Shown: positions 25,428 to 38,781, numbered from the stretch's first letter. The stretch: DNA of 64,000 nt from Balanoglossus misakiensis (GCA_040954595.2 CM082587.2:8375403-8439402), one strand, 5' to 3'. Made by a program: numbers and translations. The notes: generated from the letters alone by a model not told the origin.

Positions 25428-28400
25428 TCACTCTTCACCACGAGAACTACATGAACTGCGAGAACTACCAGCACTGCTATGTCCACCACTGTGAATACTT
25501 CCACGTCGACTGAATTCCGACCAATAACTTGTGCTGCCAAAAGTTTCATCAAAACCTCCCAATGGGTCAGAAGCATAATCTGCTTCAACAGTTTCAACAA
25601 TATTCTTTTCATCAAAATGTTCCGGCATATCATGTATATCATTATGACTTAAATCAATATAAGGTGATCTTTGTAAAGAATCAACAACAGATTGTAAGTT
25701 AATCACACCTCTATCTGTAATGTTATTATAACTCAAGTCAAGAAGCTTTGAGCTTTGCAGTTTGGATAACACTTTGCTGAAAATATCAACACCAACATCT
25801 CCAATGTTATTATGACTAAGATCCAGGTGTCTCACCAAAGTCATATTCTCCATCCCTCTACTTAAACTCTCAGCACCAACATCTACAATGTTGTTATGAC
25901 TAAGATCCAGGTGTTTCAGCCTAGTCATATTCCCCATCCCTTTACTTAAACTCTCTGCACCAACATCTCCAATGTTATTATGACTAAGATCCAGGTGTCC
26001 CAGCACAGTCTTATACCCTATCCCTTTACTTAAACTCTCTGCACCAACATCTCCAATGTTATTATGACTAAGATCCAGGTGTTTCAGCCTAGTCATATTC
26101 CCCATCCCTCTACTTAAACTCTTTGCACCAATAAATCCAATGTTATTATGACTAAGATCCAGGTGTTCCAGCCAAGTCATATCCTCCATCCCTTTACTTA
26201 AACTCTCTGCACCAACATCTCCAATCTTATTATGACTAAGATCCAGGTGTTTCAGCCTAGTCATATTCCCCATCCCTCTACTTAAACTCTTTGCACCAAC
26301 ATCTCCAATGTTATTATGACTAAGATCCAGGCGTTTCAGCCCAGTCATTTTCCCCATCCCTTTACTTAAACTCTCTGCACCAACATCTCCAATGTTATTA
26401 TGACTAAGATCCAGGTGTCTCAGCCCAGTCATTTTCCCCATCCCTTTACTTAAACTCTCTGCACCAACATCTCCAATGTTATTATGACTAAGATCCAGGT
26501 GTCTCAGCCCAGTCATTTTCCCCATCCCTTTACTTAAACTCTCTGCACCAACATCTCCAATGTTATTATGACTAAGATCCAGGTGTTTCAGCCTAGTCAT
26601 ATTCCCCATCCCTTTACTTAAACTCTCTGCACCAACATCTCCAATCTTATTATGACTAAGATCCAGGTGTTCCAGCCAAGTCATATCCTCCATCCCTTTA
26701 CTTAAACTCTCTGCACCAACATCTCCAATCTTATTATGACTAAGATCCAGGTGTTTCAGCCTAGTCATATTCCCCATCCCTTTACTTAAACTCTTTGCAC
26801 CAACATCTCCAATGTTATTATAACTAAGATCCAGGTGCCAAAGCCTAGTCATATTCCCAATCCCTCTACTTAAACTCTTTGCACCAATAAACCCAATGTT
26901 ATTATGACTAAGATCCAGGTGTTCCAGCCTAGTCATTTTTCCCATCCCTTTACTTAAACTCTTTGCACCAACATCTCCAATGTTATTATGACTAAGATCC
27001 AGGTATTCCAGCCCAGTCATATTCCCCATCCCTTTACTTAAACTCTCTGCACCAATATCTCCAATGTTATTATGACTAAGATCCAGGTATTCCAGCCCAG
27101 TCATTTTCCCCATCCCTAAATTACTTAAACTCTCTGCACCAACATCTCCAATGTTATTATGACTAAGATCCAGGTATTCCAGCCTAGTCATATTCCCCAT
27201 CCCTTTACTTAAACTCTCTGCACCAACATCTCCAATGTTATTATGACTAAGATCCAGGTATTCCAGCCCAGTCATTTTCCCAATCCCTTTACTTAAACTC
27301 TCTGCACCAACATCTCCAATGTTATTATGACTAAGATCCAGGTATTCCAGCCCAGTCATATTCCCCATCCCTTTACTTAAACTCTCTGCACCAACATCTC
27401 CAATGTTATTATGACTAAGATCCAGGTATTCCAGCCCAGTCATATTCCCCATCCCTTTACTTAAACTCTCTGCACCAACATCTCCAATGTTATTATGACT
27501 AAGATCCAGGTGTTCCAGCCCAGTCATATTCCCCATCCCTCTACTTAAACTCTCTGCACCAACATCTCCAATGTTATTATGACTAAGATCCAGGTGTTCC
27601 AGCCCAGTCATATTCTCCATCCCTCTACTTAAACTCTCTGCACCAACATCTCCAATGTTATTATGACTAAGATCCAGGTGTTCCAGCCCAGTCATATTCT
27701 CCATCCCTCTACTTAAACTCACTGCACCAACATCTCCAATGTTATTATGACTAAGATCAAGATGTCCCAGCAAACGCATTTTCCCCATCCCTTTACTTAA
27801 ACTCTCTGCACCAACATCTCCAATGTTATTATGACTAAGAGCCAGGTGTCTCAGCCAAGTCATATTCTCCATCTCTTTACTTAAACTCTCTGCAACAACA
27901 TCTCCAATGTTATTATGACTAAGATCCAGGTGTCTCAGCCAAGTCATATTCTCCATCCCTTTACTTAAACTCTCTGCACCAACATCTCCAATGTTATTAT
28001 GACTAAGATCCAGGTGTCTCAGCCCAGTCATTTTCCCCATCCCTCTACTTAAACTCTCTGCACCAACATCTCCAATGTTATTATGACTAAGATCCAGGCG
28101 TTTCAGCCCAGTCATTTTCCCAATCCCTTTACTTAAACTCTCTGCACCAACATCTCCAATGTTATTATGACTAAGATCCAGGTGTCTCAGCCCAGTCATT
28201 TTCCCCATCCCTTTACTTAAACTCTCTGCACCAACATCTCCAATGTTATTATGACTAAGATCCAGGCGTTTCAGCCCAGTCACTTTCCCCATCCCTTTAC
28301 TTAAACTCTCTGCACCAACATCTCCAATGTTATTATGCCTAAGATCCAGGTATTCCAGCCCAGTCATTTCCCCCATCCCTCTACTTAAACTCTCTACACC

Positions 28401-31400
28401 AACATCTCCAATGTTATTATGACTAAGATACAGGTGTATCAGCTCAGTCATATTCTCCATCCCTCTACTTAAACTCTCTGCACCAACATCTCCAATGTTA
28501 TTATGACTAAGATCCAGGTGTCTCAGCCAAGTCATATTCTCCATCCCTCTACTTAAACTCTCTGCACCAACATCTCCAATGTTATTATGACTAAGATCCA
28601 GCTGCCCCAGCCCAGTCATATTCCCCATCCCTTTACTTAAACTCTTTGCACCAAGATCTCTAATTTTATTATGACTAAGATCCAGGTGTCTCAGCCAAGT
28701 CATATTCTCCATCCCTCTACTTAAACTCTCTGCACCAACATCTCCAATGTTATTATGACTAAGATTCAGGTACCACAGCCCAGTCATATTCTCCATCCCT
28801 TTACTTAAACTCTCTGCACCAACATCTCCAATGTTATTATGATTAAGATCCAGGTGCCACAGCCTGGTCATATTCCCCATCCCTTTACTTAAACTGTCTG
28901 TACCAACATCTCCAATATTATTATGACTAAGATCTAGGTGTCTTAGCTCAGTCATATTCTCCATCCCTTTATTTAAACTCTCTGCACCAACATCTCCAAA
29001 ATGACAACCACTAAGTTTCAGAGTTTGCACAAATGAAAGAATACTCAACCCGTCACAGAAGTCTTCAAATTCAGCCTGACTCCACTGCTTACTTACTTCC
29101 ACAATCTTACATTCTTTGACAATTTCCTTGATGAATATTAATTTATCTAGAGTAAGACTGTCTTCATCAAAATTGACATCATGGAAGTATATCTGCAGTA
29201 CCTGGGGAATGTGTGGTAGGATGTACTTTAGGCCTCTGATGTCATTGCCAGCAACATTGACAATTTGTTGTTGATTCTGTGGCACAATGTTCAACAAAGC
29301 AACTATTCCTCTCAAACTGGTACCAGTGTTACTAAAATTAACATCAGTGAGATATTTCAGTCTATTCAGTTTCCCACCTATGTACTCAATGCCATCATCT
29401 CCTATGTTATTTGAACTGATGTCTAAATGTCTCAGAGACGACAGATGCTCAAAACTGTCAGCAACAACTTTAGCATTATCAGTAGTGAAACCAGACTCTG
29501 TAATAACTAAATGTTTTAAGTTCTTGAAAAAAACCAAATGTAAACATAGCAAGTTGGTTACATCAGAAGATAAACTTGAAACATTTATTTGTTCTACATA
29601 GTTTAGTTGTTTGTGCAAATTGAAAATGTCACCCACAGTTTGGAAGTGTGTCACATGTGATTTGAAATCTCCAACCTGGTTCACAATCTGTTCACAGTCT
29701 AACAACCTTTCAAGACTTCCTTCCACCCCATTATTCTCCAACAGAACATTGAATTCATCAACCAATGGTAACAATGCTACACACCCAAGAGAACCTAACT
29801 TGTTGTTCGAGACATCTATATCCTTCAGAAATGGAAAACATTTGACAGCTCTCAAAAGTACATCGATAAAGGTGTATTCTAAATCATTATATGGCAACTC
29901 CAATGTCCTTACTTTCAATGACACATTTTCATTTACCATCCTTTCGAAAACCTTTGTGATAAACACATTATTAAATCCAGTGAAATGGAGTGATTTCAAC
30001 AGAGGCAGTGATCCCAATGCTTTGACAAGTGCCTGAATTGTTTCATGACCAACATCCTGAAAGTTGTAATCAACCGCTTCAATAGTCAGACCCCTCAGAC
30101 CGACCTCACTATGACCTCTGACAGATTTGTGTGTGTGAGCCATTAAGAGTTGATGGAATGTGATGTACCTAGTGACCACAGTCAACTCAGTTGAGTTTTT
30201 AACTTGAAATTTGACAGTTGATGATGGATTTTCAATCATTACATTCAGGTGTTTGTTGAACTCCTCTGAAAGGTCTGCCCTTTCCTTATCACTTGTCAAA
30301 TTGATATTCTGAACAATAGTTGTGTTCTTTAAAATAAATGATACTTCATCTAAACTTTGGCAAGAGACTCTATTTAAACCAACGGCTGACAGATCTAATG
30401 GTTGTCGTTTTAACAACTGCTGAATAATTCCTGTAAACTTTTCTGGACATTTTGATTCATGAAGGCAACCAGCAAGTAGTGCAAAATATTCATACCTCAC
30501 TGGAAATGACTTTCCTATACATTTTGTGAGTACTTTGAAGAAAAAAGTATCCTTTTTCTTACCCACAAAAGATCTAAAACGCAAAGCAAGTGGTACTCTG
30601 AAGGAAAGTGTTGTTTTATCCTTCGTCATACTTGACAAAAAATACAGAGCAATAGGCATGGACATCAAAATGGTCTGAATTCTATTCCGTTCCAAGAATA
30701 AATTTTTGTCTTTCTTCAAATACACAGCAACTGCGTAAAAATATAGATATCGACTTAAAAAGTAATATGGGGACCTATATTGTTGAGTCTTTCTACACAA
30801 ACCAAACAGATAGGCTTCATTAACAGAGGCAGTTCGTGAGAGAGAAAGCGACTGAGTACGAACAAAGCCTTGAAATGCCTGTTGCCCAATTTCACAAAGC
30901 CTGTCCTGCACTACATCCCAAACATTCTCTATCTCAAGTTGATGTTCCCTACAGTACATCTCTACATGATGTTTAATTGCATATTCAGTTGCCTCTGTCA
31001 AAGTTGATGGTAAAGTGTAACAATTCTCATACCAGTAAGACACAAGAGAAGGAAAGAAAAATTCTTGCGATCTTAATTCACCCACAATTGGATGAAATCT
31101 GGACTGCTGTATCAAATACTTAGCTTGGCTGTTCTCTTCTACATTATGTAAAACATATCTCTCCCATTTATCATATGCGACAGTCCTCACCCAGGTCTTC
31201 TTAGGGATGGTGTAGACAGCAGACATATCTGATAGAAACAAAAAATATGTACTACATGTAATTATGCTCAATATATTCAACAGACATAATACACACAAAG
31301 ATGTTGTTTGGCCTGCAGTCTTCATTCAGTGACATAACTACCGGTACATGTAGTTAAGAACATTGTCAACAGTGGAAGGTCAGTGAAATCTTGATCAATT

Positions 31401-34400
31401 TTATCCATTTCAGCAGTAGTCAATGAAAATGAAATTCAGTGAGCACAGAAAATGTATGTCTGCCTTGAGGCAGCTAAGATACACAGCTGCCCTCAAGGCA
31501 GATTGGTAGAAATACACTTTGCAATGCTGTATAAGCATTTATAATATACCTCATGCTAATACTGTGCCGTGATTCGCCAGAATCCGTCACGTGATAGGAA
31601 AATAGAATCGACTATGAATCCCTCTAGGGAAATAGCAGAAAAAATATAAACCGGTCACGTGACCAGCGTGAGTGCGCAGACTCGGTCACGTCAATCACGG
31701 TCGCGTCGTCTGACACAATGGCCACTGCTGAAGATGTCGTCTGCCAAACTCAAGAGAAAATTGCAAGATTTTCCCAACTGTTAGCATGAGGTTAATTATA
31801 AAACACCTATAGCCTGGCCTATATTCGGGCTATAGCAGCCGTTTTTACCCCCTCGTGACTGTGAGTTACCAGATTCTGGTAACTCACAGCCCCTCGTGGG
31901 TAATAAACGGCCGCTATGGCCCTCATGGCCAGGCAATAGGTGTTCAATATGAATATGTGAAAAGTATGAATGATGCATTATAAAAATTGTGCAGATGTAA
32001 ATACTCACCATGAAGTATGTGTTTGACAGTCTCATACTCCTTTTCATCTATCTTCATTCTGATTCTGACAACACATCCAGCTTTCTCTGCTAGGGATCTC
32101 ATCTCGGATGTTATTAGGATACCACTCAGCATTTCATCAACTTCTCCAGCTTTGTATTTCTGCCAGAAATAATCAATGTCCTCGTCCGAAAGGAAACTTA
32201 GTAAGAACCACAAAGAGCTTTGCACAACTCCATCAAGTCTTGCTTTATATTTCTCATAGGCTTTATCTAACTGTTCTATCAGTTCTGGGTCATCTCTGTC
32301 CATGATTTTCTTTATCTGACGTTCATACATTGCTGTTATTTGATTTATCAAGATCTGTTTCTGCTCCATTTTCTCCCTTTCAAGTTCCATTTTCTCTCTT
32401 TCAAGCTCCACTGTTTTGTTTTCTTTCTCCATTTCAAATTCCATCTTCGTCTTTTCTGTTTCAAGCTCCATTGCTTTGTTTTCTTTCTCCCTTTCCACCT
32501 TCAACTTTTCAAGTTCTATCCTCTTGTGTTCTGTTTCATGCTCCATCCTTTTCTGTTCCGTTTCAAGCTCCATCCTTTTCTGATCTGCTTCAAGCTCCAT
32601 TTTCTTGTGTTCTGTTTCCACTCTCATCTTTTCCATTTCCATCTCCATCTTCATCTTTTTTTCTTCAAATTCCAGATTTACTTCACATTGAACAGCTATG
32701 GGTTGAATAAACAATGAAACAGAAATAATTGCCAGCTGGGTGACTATAAATTGATCAAGATTATGTTACTACATATAAACAACTGCCAAATTATATTTTA
32801 TCTCCCAAACGAGTAATATAGTTTCATCCTACTCAAAATAGCGATGTGTTATCAATAGAGAAAAAATACAATGTCTGATGATGTTAATGCCAGAGCTTAG
32901 ATGAGTGTTTTGACATCAACTGCCACTGTGGTTTTATATCAAAACATGCAAATGGCCATTTCTCTAAGCCACCAATCAGTTTGGATATTTGAGGCGGAAT
33001 TAGAAAAAATGTCTGCCGGGTGACTGTCCATGGGGGTGACTGTCTCCAAGAACCTTTGGTGTTCAGGAAAAGTGATTCATAGATGATGAGAAAAAGGAAG
33101 ATTCTGTAAAATCATGAAAGAGTACAAGGTAGGAAACATAACTTACTTGGCATCAATGGCCTTTTCCGTTGTATCAACTTTGATTTGTGAGTTTCACTTG
33201 TTGGTTTCTCATCTGAAACAACAGCAGACACTGGACTGCCTGTAAGAGAAATGATTCAATTTTTAAAATGGCAGCAGTTCATGGTGAAAAAGAGTGTGTA
33301 TTTTTAACACTACTGGTCCAATCAAAGAAAGCAATCAAACTGTACTTACCAAGGTTCTGTGGCTGGGGTGAGAGAGACTGGGAAGAACAGGCATATTCAA
33401 AACCTCCTACACCTTCATCAGTTAAAGGACTCCTTACACTATGGGCTGGTGATTTGGGACTTACCGTGATCACTAGAAAACAGAAAAATAAAGTTTAATG
33501 ACTGACAGTTGCATTTAAAATCTTATAACGAGATTACCAGTAATAAAAATATGAATTGTTAAAAATTGCATATTGCATTCTTTATTTAACGAAACATCAG
33601 TTTCTGCAATCTTTTTTTTTCAATCTTCAGGAGCCTGCAACTTGTAAAGTGTTCTTACCCGGGTTTTCTTGTTTGGGTGAGAGTGACTGGGAAAGCTGGC
33701 CATCTTCAAAAGTTGCAAAACCTTCACGAGTTGAGGGACTCTTTCCATTCTGAACTGGTGATTGAGGTGTTGGAACTGGAAGAAAGAAGCCAAAAATCAA
33801 TGACTAAAATTCGTAATCTCAAGTCTTGTAATAAGACGAATGAGATTATGAAGATTTACACTATTGGAAGGAAACTAACACATTTTGTTTTGGGATTGTG
33901 TGTGGAAAAGGAAATACTTACTTTGTCCAGGCTGTGTAGTCGGGACTTCTTTGAAACAAGCTCTGAACTTTTCATGACTGTCAGTAATCTCTGTGTGACT
34001 GAGATACATATTCTTCAAACGTGTTGCCGTGGGTATTGCATGTGTTGCTCTCAACATCTTATTGATCTGTTCTGATAAATCCCCATCAACTAAAGGGTCA
34101 TACAGGAAATACCTTGCTTCATGGCCTAGGTATGTGTTCATGAAAGTTGCTAAGGCAGTTCGTTCCGGAACCAACACAGGTAGTCCTGCAGCAATGGATC
34201 GTAATCCCTCCATCCTGAATGGCTCATCAGGTGGTATAATACAGACATTACTCTGGCGTAAATCTCTGTAAATATCATCTTGAGAGCTATATGGGGGATT
34301 AGAGTTTGCTTCAATGTAGGGGCAATTTAAGTTGTCTGTCAGAAAAGTCTTTGTGTTAGCAACATCAGCTTCCGGGGGAGTACGTACACACCACAATGGA

Positions 34401-37400
34401 ACCGTCACGTGCATAGAGTTGAATGTACCAGCTGTTTTTCCAACTTCAGCTGCCAGTCTTTTATATCGTGGGGATTGCACAGCTGTATCAGTCACCACAG
34501 TCAGGATTTGTTTCAAGTCACTTGTTTTTTCTATTTGATCCACATTAACATCAAAGAATTCTTTCTCTGGTCTCGGAAGATACAATTCATGTCTTACAGG
34601 AACTGCGTTTGTTTGGTAGAATTTCTTGTAATGTTCAAAGACATCTGGTCCAACAGAGAAAACTGCAGATGCCTCCTCAGCAAATTTGATGCGTTTGTCT
34701 TGTACTTCAACTGATGGGATGGTGTGATTGATGAGGATAATGTTAGCATCTTTGAAATATCGTTTCCTCAAAACATTTGCAACCAGGAGTTTTGCTGAAG
34801 GCTTGACATGTTCCACAATGTATTCCACATTTTGTAACTCTGTGAGGGTTGTGAAGAATGTCTCTGGAGAAAGAAACCAATCTGGTTTCGGTGTGTCGTT
34901 CTTGTATCTCTCAATCACATCCTCTTGTATTCTTGGAAGTATCAACTCAACTCCACAATCAGCTGCATCTTTCCTTTCTTCGTCACTTGCCTCCAAAACA
35001 ACACAGCATGTTTTACGTTGTCTGTCTTCGGCTACACTGCTGGCAAGTTGACAGTTGAGGGCAGATACAGTGTCCTTCACACGATTCCACTTTTCAGCCA
35101 GGAATATGATGGTCTTTTTGAGGTCCTTTCCTGAAAAAAGAACACACAAGATGTGTTTATTGATTTGCAATGCAAACCAATTTGTGAAGAAATTGCACAC
35201 TAACACAGCAATATGACAGAAGCAGATTTTGTTACAGAAAAGCAAAATATTTGATAATTTTCTTTTTTTTCAAATCATGCATAGATTTGGTAGTGAGAAT
35301 TTCTTTTCCACAAATTCACATCCGACACTGGTGATGCAGATAATTATCCATATATTACTTAACATGTAGCTGTCAATACTTGCACCTGGGAATCACTGAT
35401 TGGTTATCATTGATTGGTAACATTTTTTTACCTTTCTCAGTAGTGTCCTTTCCTACTAAAACAGTTTGTTGCCTAGGTGATGGTGACTGTCGTCTTGATG
35501 TCAAGGAATACTGTGCATGTCTGTCTATGTGGTGTTGTAAACTTGTGGTGACACCTTCTGGATCTTTCATCATTGTCGTCATCTCAATCTGTGTTGCAGC
35601 TGAACTAACTGCACTGCTAGCAGCAACATCACCGACATCTGAAATACCTGAAGTATGTGAAAAATAAACATGGGTGAATTCATTCTGACCTGTACGTGTG
35701 TTTAACTCCTATTAAAATATATTTTAATTACCACAAGCATTGTAAGTGATCAACTGTTCAAAATGCTTGCAATGACCACCATTTTTTTCAAAATTAAATT
35801 TTCATTTTACCTCTACGTTACAAATATGGGATCATTCAAAGCCTTATGTAGGACGGTGTGTCGTTAATGAGGACAGCATCTAACCATGAGCATTTGAACT
35901 GCATAATTGATAACTTTTCAAAGGGTCAGATGACCTCAAACTGACATGTCTTTCCATCATTTCATCTCTTTCATAATTATTTAATTCTGGTTGAAGGGTA
36001 TTTGTGTAATACAAAATGTATATAAAAATATATGGTATCATGAGATATATGCTTACCATGAGATTCTGTTGTGTATACTTGAGTCTTGGAATGAGTGGCT
36101 GTCACTGCTGGAATCTTGGGACGAGTTGATGTCATTGGCTGCACTTCTCCGGTGACTGGATTTGGATGCTGTGAGGGAAATGGTGGTCCTGCTGAGGTCC
36201 TCTCAGTTGGGAATGTTTGGAAAGTGGTAGATGGTAACTGTGATCCTGCTGAGGTCCTCTTAGTAGGGAATGTTTGGAAACTGGTAGTTGGGAATGTTTG
36301 GAAATTGGTAGATGGTAACTGTGATCCTGCTGAGGTCTTCTCAGTTGGGAATGTTTGGAAACCGGTAGATGGTAACTGTGATCCTGCTGAGGTCCTCTCA
36401 GTTGGGAATGTTTGGAAACTGGTAGATGGTAACTGTGATCCTGCTGAGGTCCTCTCAGTTGGGAATGTTTGGAAACTGGTAGATGGAAACTGTGGTCCTG
36501 CTGAGGTCCTCTCAGTTGGGAATGTTGGCCAACTGGTAGATGGTAACTGTATGCCTGCTGAGGTCCTCTCAGTTGGGAATGTTTGGAAACTGGTAGATGG
36601 TAACTGTGGACCTGCTGAGGTCCTCTCAGTTGGGAATGTTTGGAAACTGGTAGATGGTAACTGTGGTCCTGCTGAGGTCCTCTCAGTTGGGAATGTTTGG
36701 AAACTGGTAGATGGTAACTGCAGTGGTCCTGCTGAGGTCTTCTCAGTTGGGAATGTTTGGAAACTGGTAGATGGTAACTGTGGTCCTGCTGAGGTCTTCT
36801 CAGTTGGGAATGTTTGGAAACTGGTAGATGGTAACTGTGGTCCTGCTGAGGTCTTCTCAGTTGGGAATGTTTGGAAACTGGTAGATGGTAACTGTGGTCC
36901 TGCTGAGGTCTTCTCAGTTGGGAATGTTTGGAAACTGGTAGATGGTAACTGTGGTCCTGCTGAGGTCCTCTCAGTTGGGAATGTTGGCCAACTGGTAGAT
37001 GGTAACTGTATGCCTGCTGAGGTCCTCTCAGTTGGGAATGTTTGGAAACTGGTAGATGGTAACTGTGGACCTGCTGAGGTCCTCTCAGTTGGGAATGTTT
37101 GGAAACTGGTAGATGGTAACTGTGGTCCTGCTGAGGTCTTCTCAGTTGGGAATGTTTGGAAACTGGTAGATGGTAACTGTGGTCCTGCCGAGGTCCTCTC
37201 AGTTGGGAATGTTTGGAAACTGGTAGATGGTAACTGTGGTCCTGCTGAGGTCCTCTCAGTTGGGAATGTTGGCCAACTGGTAGATGGTAACTGTATGCCT
37301 GCTGAGGTCCTCTCAGTTGGGAATGTTTGGAAACTGGTAGATGGTAACTGTGGACCTGCTGAGGTCCTCTCAGTTGGGAATGTTGGCCAACTGCTGGTAG

Positions 37401-38781
37401 ATGGTAACTGTGGTCCTGCTGAGGTCCTCTCAGTTGGGAATGTTTGGAAAGTGGTAGATGGTAACTGTGGTCCTGCTGAGGTCTTCTCAGTTGGGAATGT
37501 TTGGAAACTGGTAGATGGTAACTGTGGTCCTGCTGAGGCCCTCTCAGTTGGGAATGTTTGGAAAGTGGTAGATGGTAACTGTGGTCCTGCTGAGGTCCTC
37601 TCAGTTGGGAATGTTGGCCAACTGCTGGTAGATGGTAACTGTGGACCTGCTGAGGTCCTCTCAGTTGGGAATGTTTGGAAAGTGGTAGATGGTAAATGTG
37701 GTCCTGCTGAGGTCTTCTCAGTTGGGAATGTTTGGAAACTGGGAGATGATAACTGTGGTCCTGCTGAGGCCCTCTCAGTTGGGAATGTTGGCAAACTCTC
37801 TCCACTTCTGTCACTTATCTCTTGAGGGCTATCAGCTTTCATCATAGACTCAACTTCTCTTGTCACTTCATCATATGGATAGTCTTTGTCAAATCCTTTC
37901 TCAAATCGAACTTCTACATGCCGTGCTAACATGTAAAGTCTGGCATTTTTCAACAGCTGAATAACTGTCTCAGGTTTGTCCTTTGATAAATGTCCAAATA
38001 TACACAACTTTTCAAATAAAACATATGCTCGTTTCTCTGTCCGAATTTCTTCTCTCACAACTGTTGGTATTGAAGGTTTCAATATAGCACCCATTCCATC
38101 TACCAATTTAATCAGGTCATCTTTAATGGAAAAAAGTAAAAGTTATAGTACCGTACACATTTTCTGGATAAAAATCTTTTGAGAAAAATCTTAAAAGTAC
38201 AGTAGATCACTGTCTTAAATTTCAAATGGAAAATGGGATGATCATGTATTGTCTTTGTGCCAAGTTTGAATAAAATCAGCCTTGTTGTACAGTGTTTCCA
38301 TGGGTGCTCCAACAGAAGATTGTTACAAGAATACAGGGGAAAATGTTAGTTTTATTACTGATACTAGTTCAGTGTTTCATTCAGGATGGTATCAGCAGGG
38401 GGGATATTTCCCTCTTTGCCAGAATATTTGAGGGGGATTCCACTCTGGCAAGGGGGACTGTAATATCTTCAACATGTGAATGGCATTGGTCCCCCCTTGA
38501 CAAAGTGCTATGGGGTGTCAACATGTCAATCCCCCCATGCATCCCCCCATCTAGATGAAACACTGGTTGTATGTGAGATGACTGTGGATGCAACTACTGC
38601 ATCATTATAGACATTCTGTGAACAACCGAGACATGCACACTGATGAGTAGACATCCAGGAGTGTCCCAGAGCACCACTCACTCTGGGATAAAAACATTCA
38701 AATATTAAATGTACACTCACCATTTCCGATGTCATCTGCCAGCCTTATAAGGTACTCCCTAAACCAATCAAAGTCTGCCAT
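25428..38781 (-). CDS. NLR-like protein, ~3456 aa: DED, Ser/Thr/Pro repeats, degenerate GT-B glycosyltransferase, coiled coil, TRADD-N-like domain, truncated NACHT (helical/winged-helix part only) and RI-type LRRs
   Basis: Exons (minus strand, all GT-AG, all introns phase 1, open throughout): 38781-38721, 38120-36057, 35647-35432, 35130-33922, 33775-33659, 33472-33350, 33239-33147, 32695-32009, 31228-25428. DED-like MADFDWFREYLIRLADDIGNDDLIKL...LFEKLCIFGHLSKDKPETVIQLL; GT-like EPFRMEGLRSIAAGLPVLV; TRADD-N-like SSLWFLLSF..IDYFWQKYKAGEVDEMLSGILIT; NACHT-tail-like LPSTLTE...LCEIGQQAFQG; LxxLDLSHNNIGDVGA LRRs. Confidence 0.8.
25770..28965 (-). repeat. Coding LRR tandem array 1: 38 x 84 bp (28 aa)
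   Basis: Unit MxxMTxLxxLDLSHNNIGDVGAESLS(K/R)G, counted from the ORF translation. One unit carries a 3-nt insertion. Confidence 0.97.
31547..31950. mobile_element. Crypton-like palindromic element in the last NLR intron (related fragment at ~50225-50366)
   Basis: Inverted acctcatgctaa/ttagcatgaggt plus an imperfect 150-bp terminal hairpin. The segment aataaacggccgctatggccctcatggccaggcaataggtgttcaatat recurs at 50318-50366. Confidence 0.55.
36183..37795 (-). repeat. Coding minisatellite, ~28 x 57 bp (TFPTERTSAGPQLPSTSFQ)
   Basis: 57-bp unit gttgggaatgtttggaaactggtagatggtaactgtggtcctgctgaggtcctctca inside NLR exon 2. Confidence 0.97.

Noticed and set aside
31229-31325. Hydrophobic N-terminus of the 1965-aa ORF as a signal peptide
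   Set aside because: It is intronic polypyrimidine sequence upstream of the acceptor at 31229; the exon joins upstream exons in frame.
33063-33103. Alternative terminal exon giving a short LRR-less isoform
   Set aside because: It would need a 43-nt intron after exon 7 and has no other support.
29287-35134. Plus-strand ORFs opposite NLR exons
   Set aside because: They are antisense shadows of long coding exons, with no motifs.
36095-37825. 576-aa plus-strand ORF and 560-aa alternative minus-strand ORF
   Set aside because: These are by-products of a stop-free 57-bp repeat. Only the TFPTERTSAG frame joins the DED and the flanking splice sites in phase.
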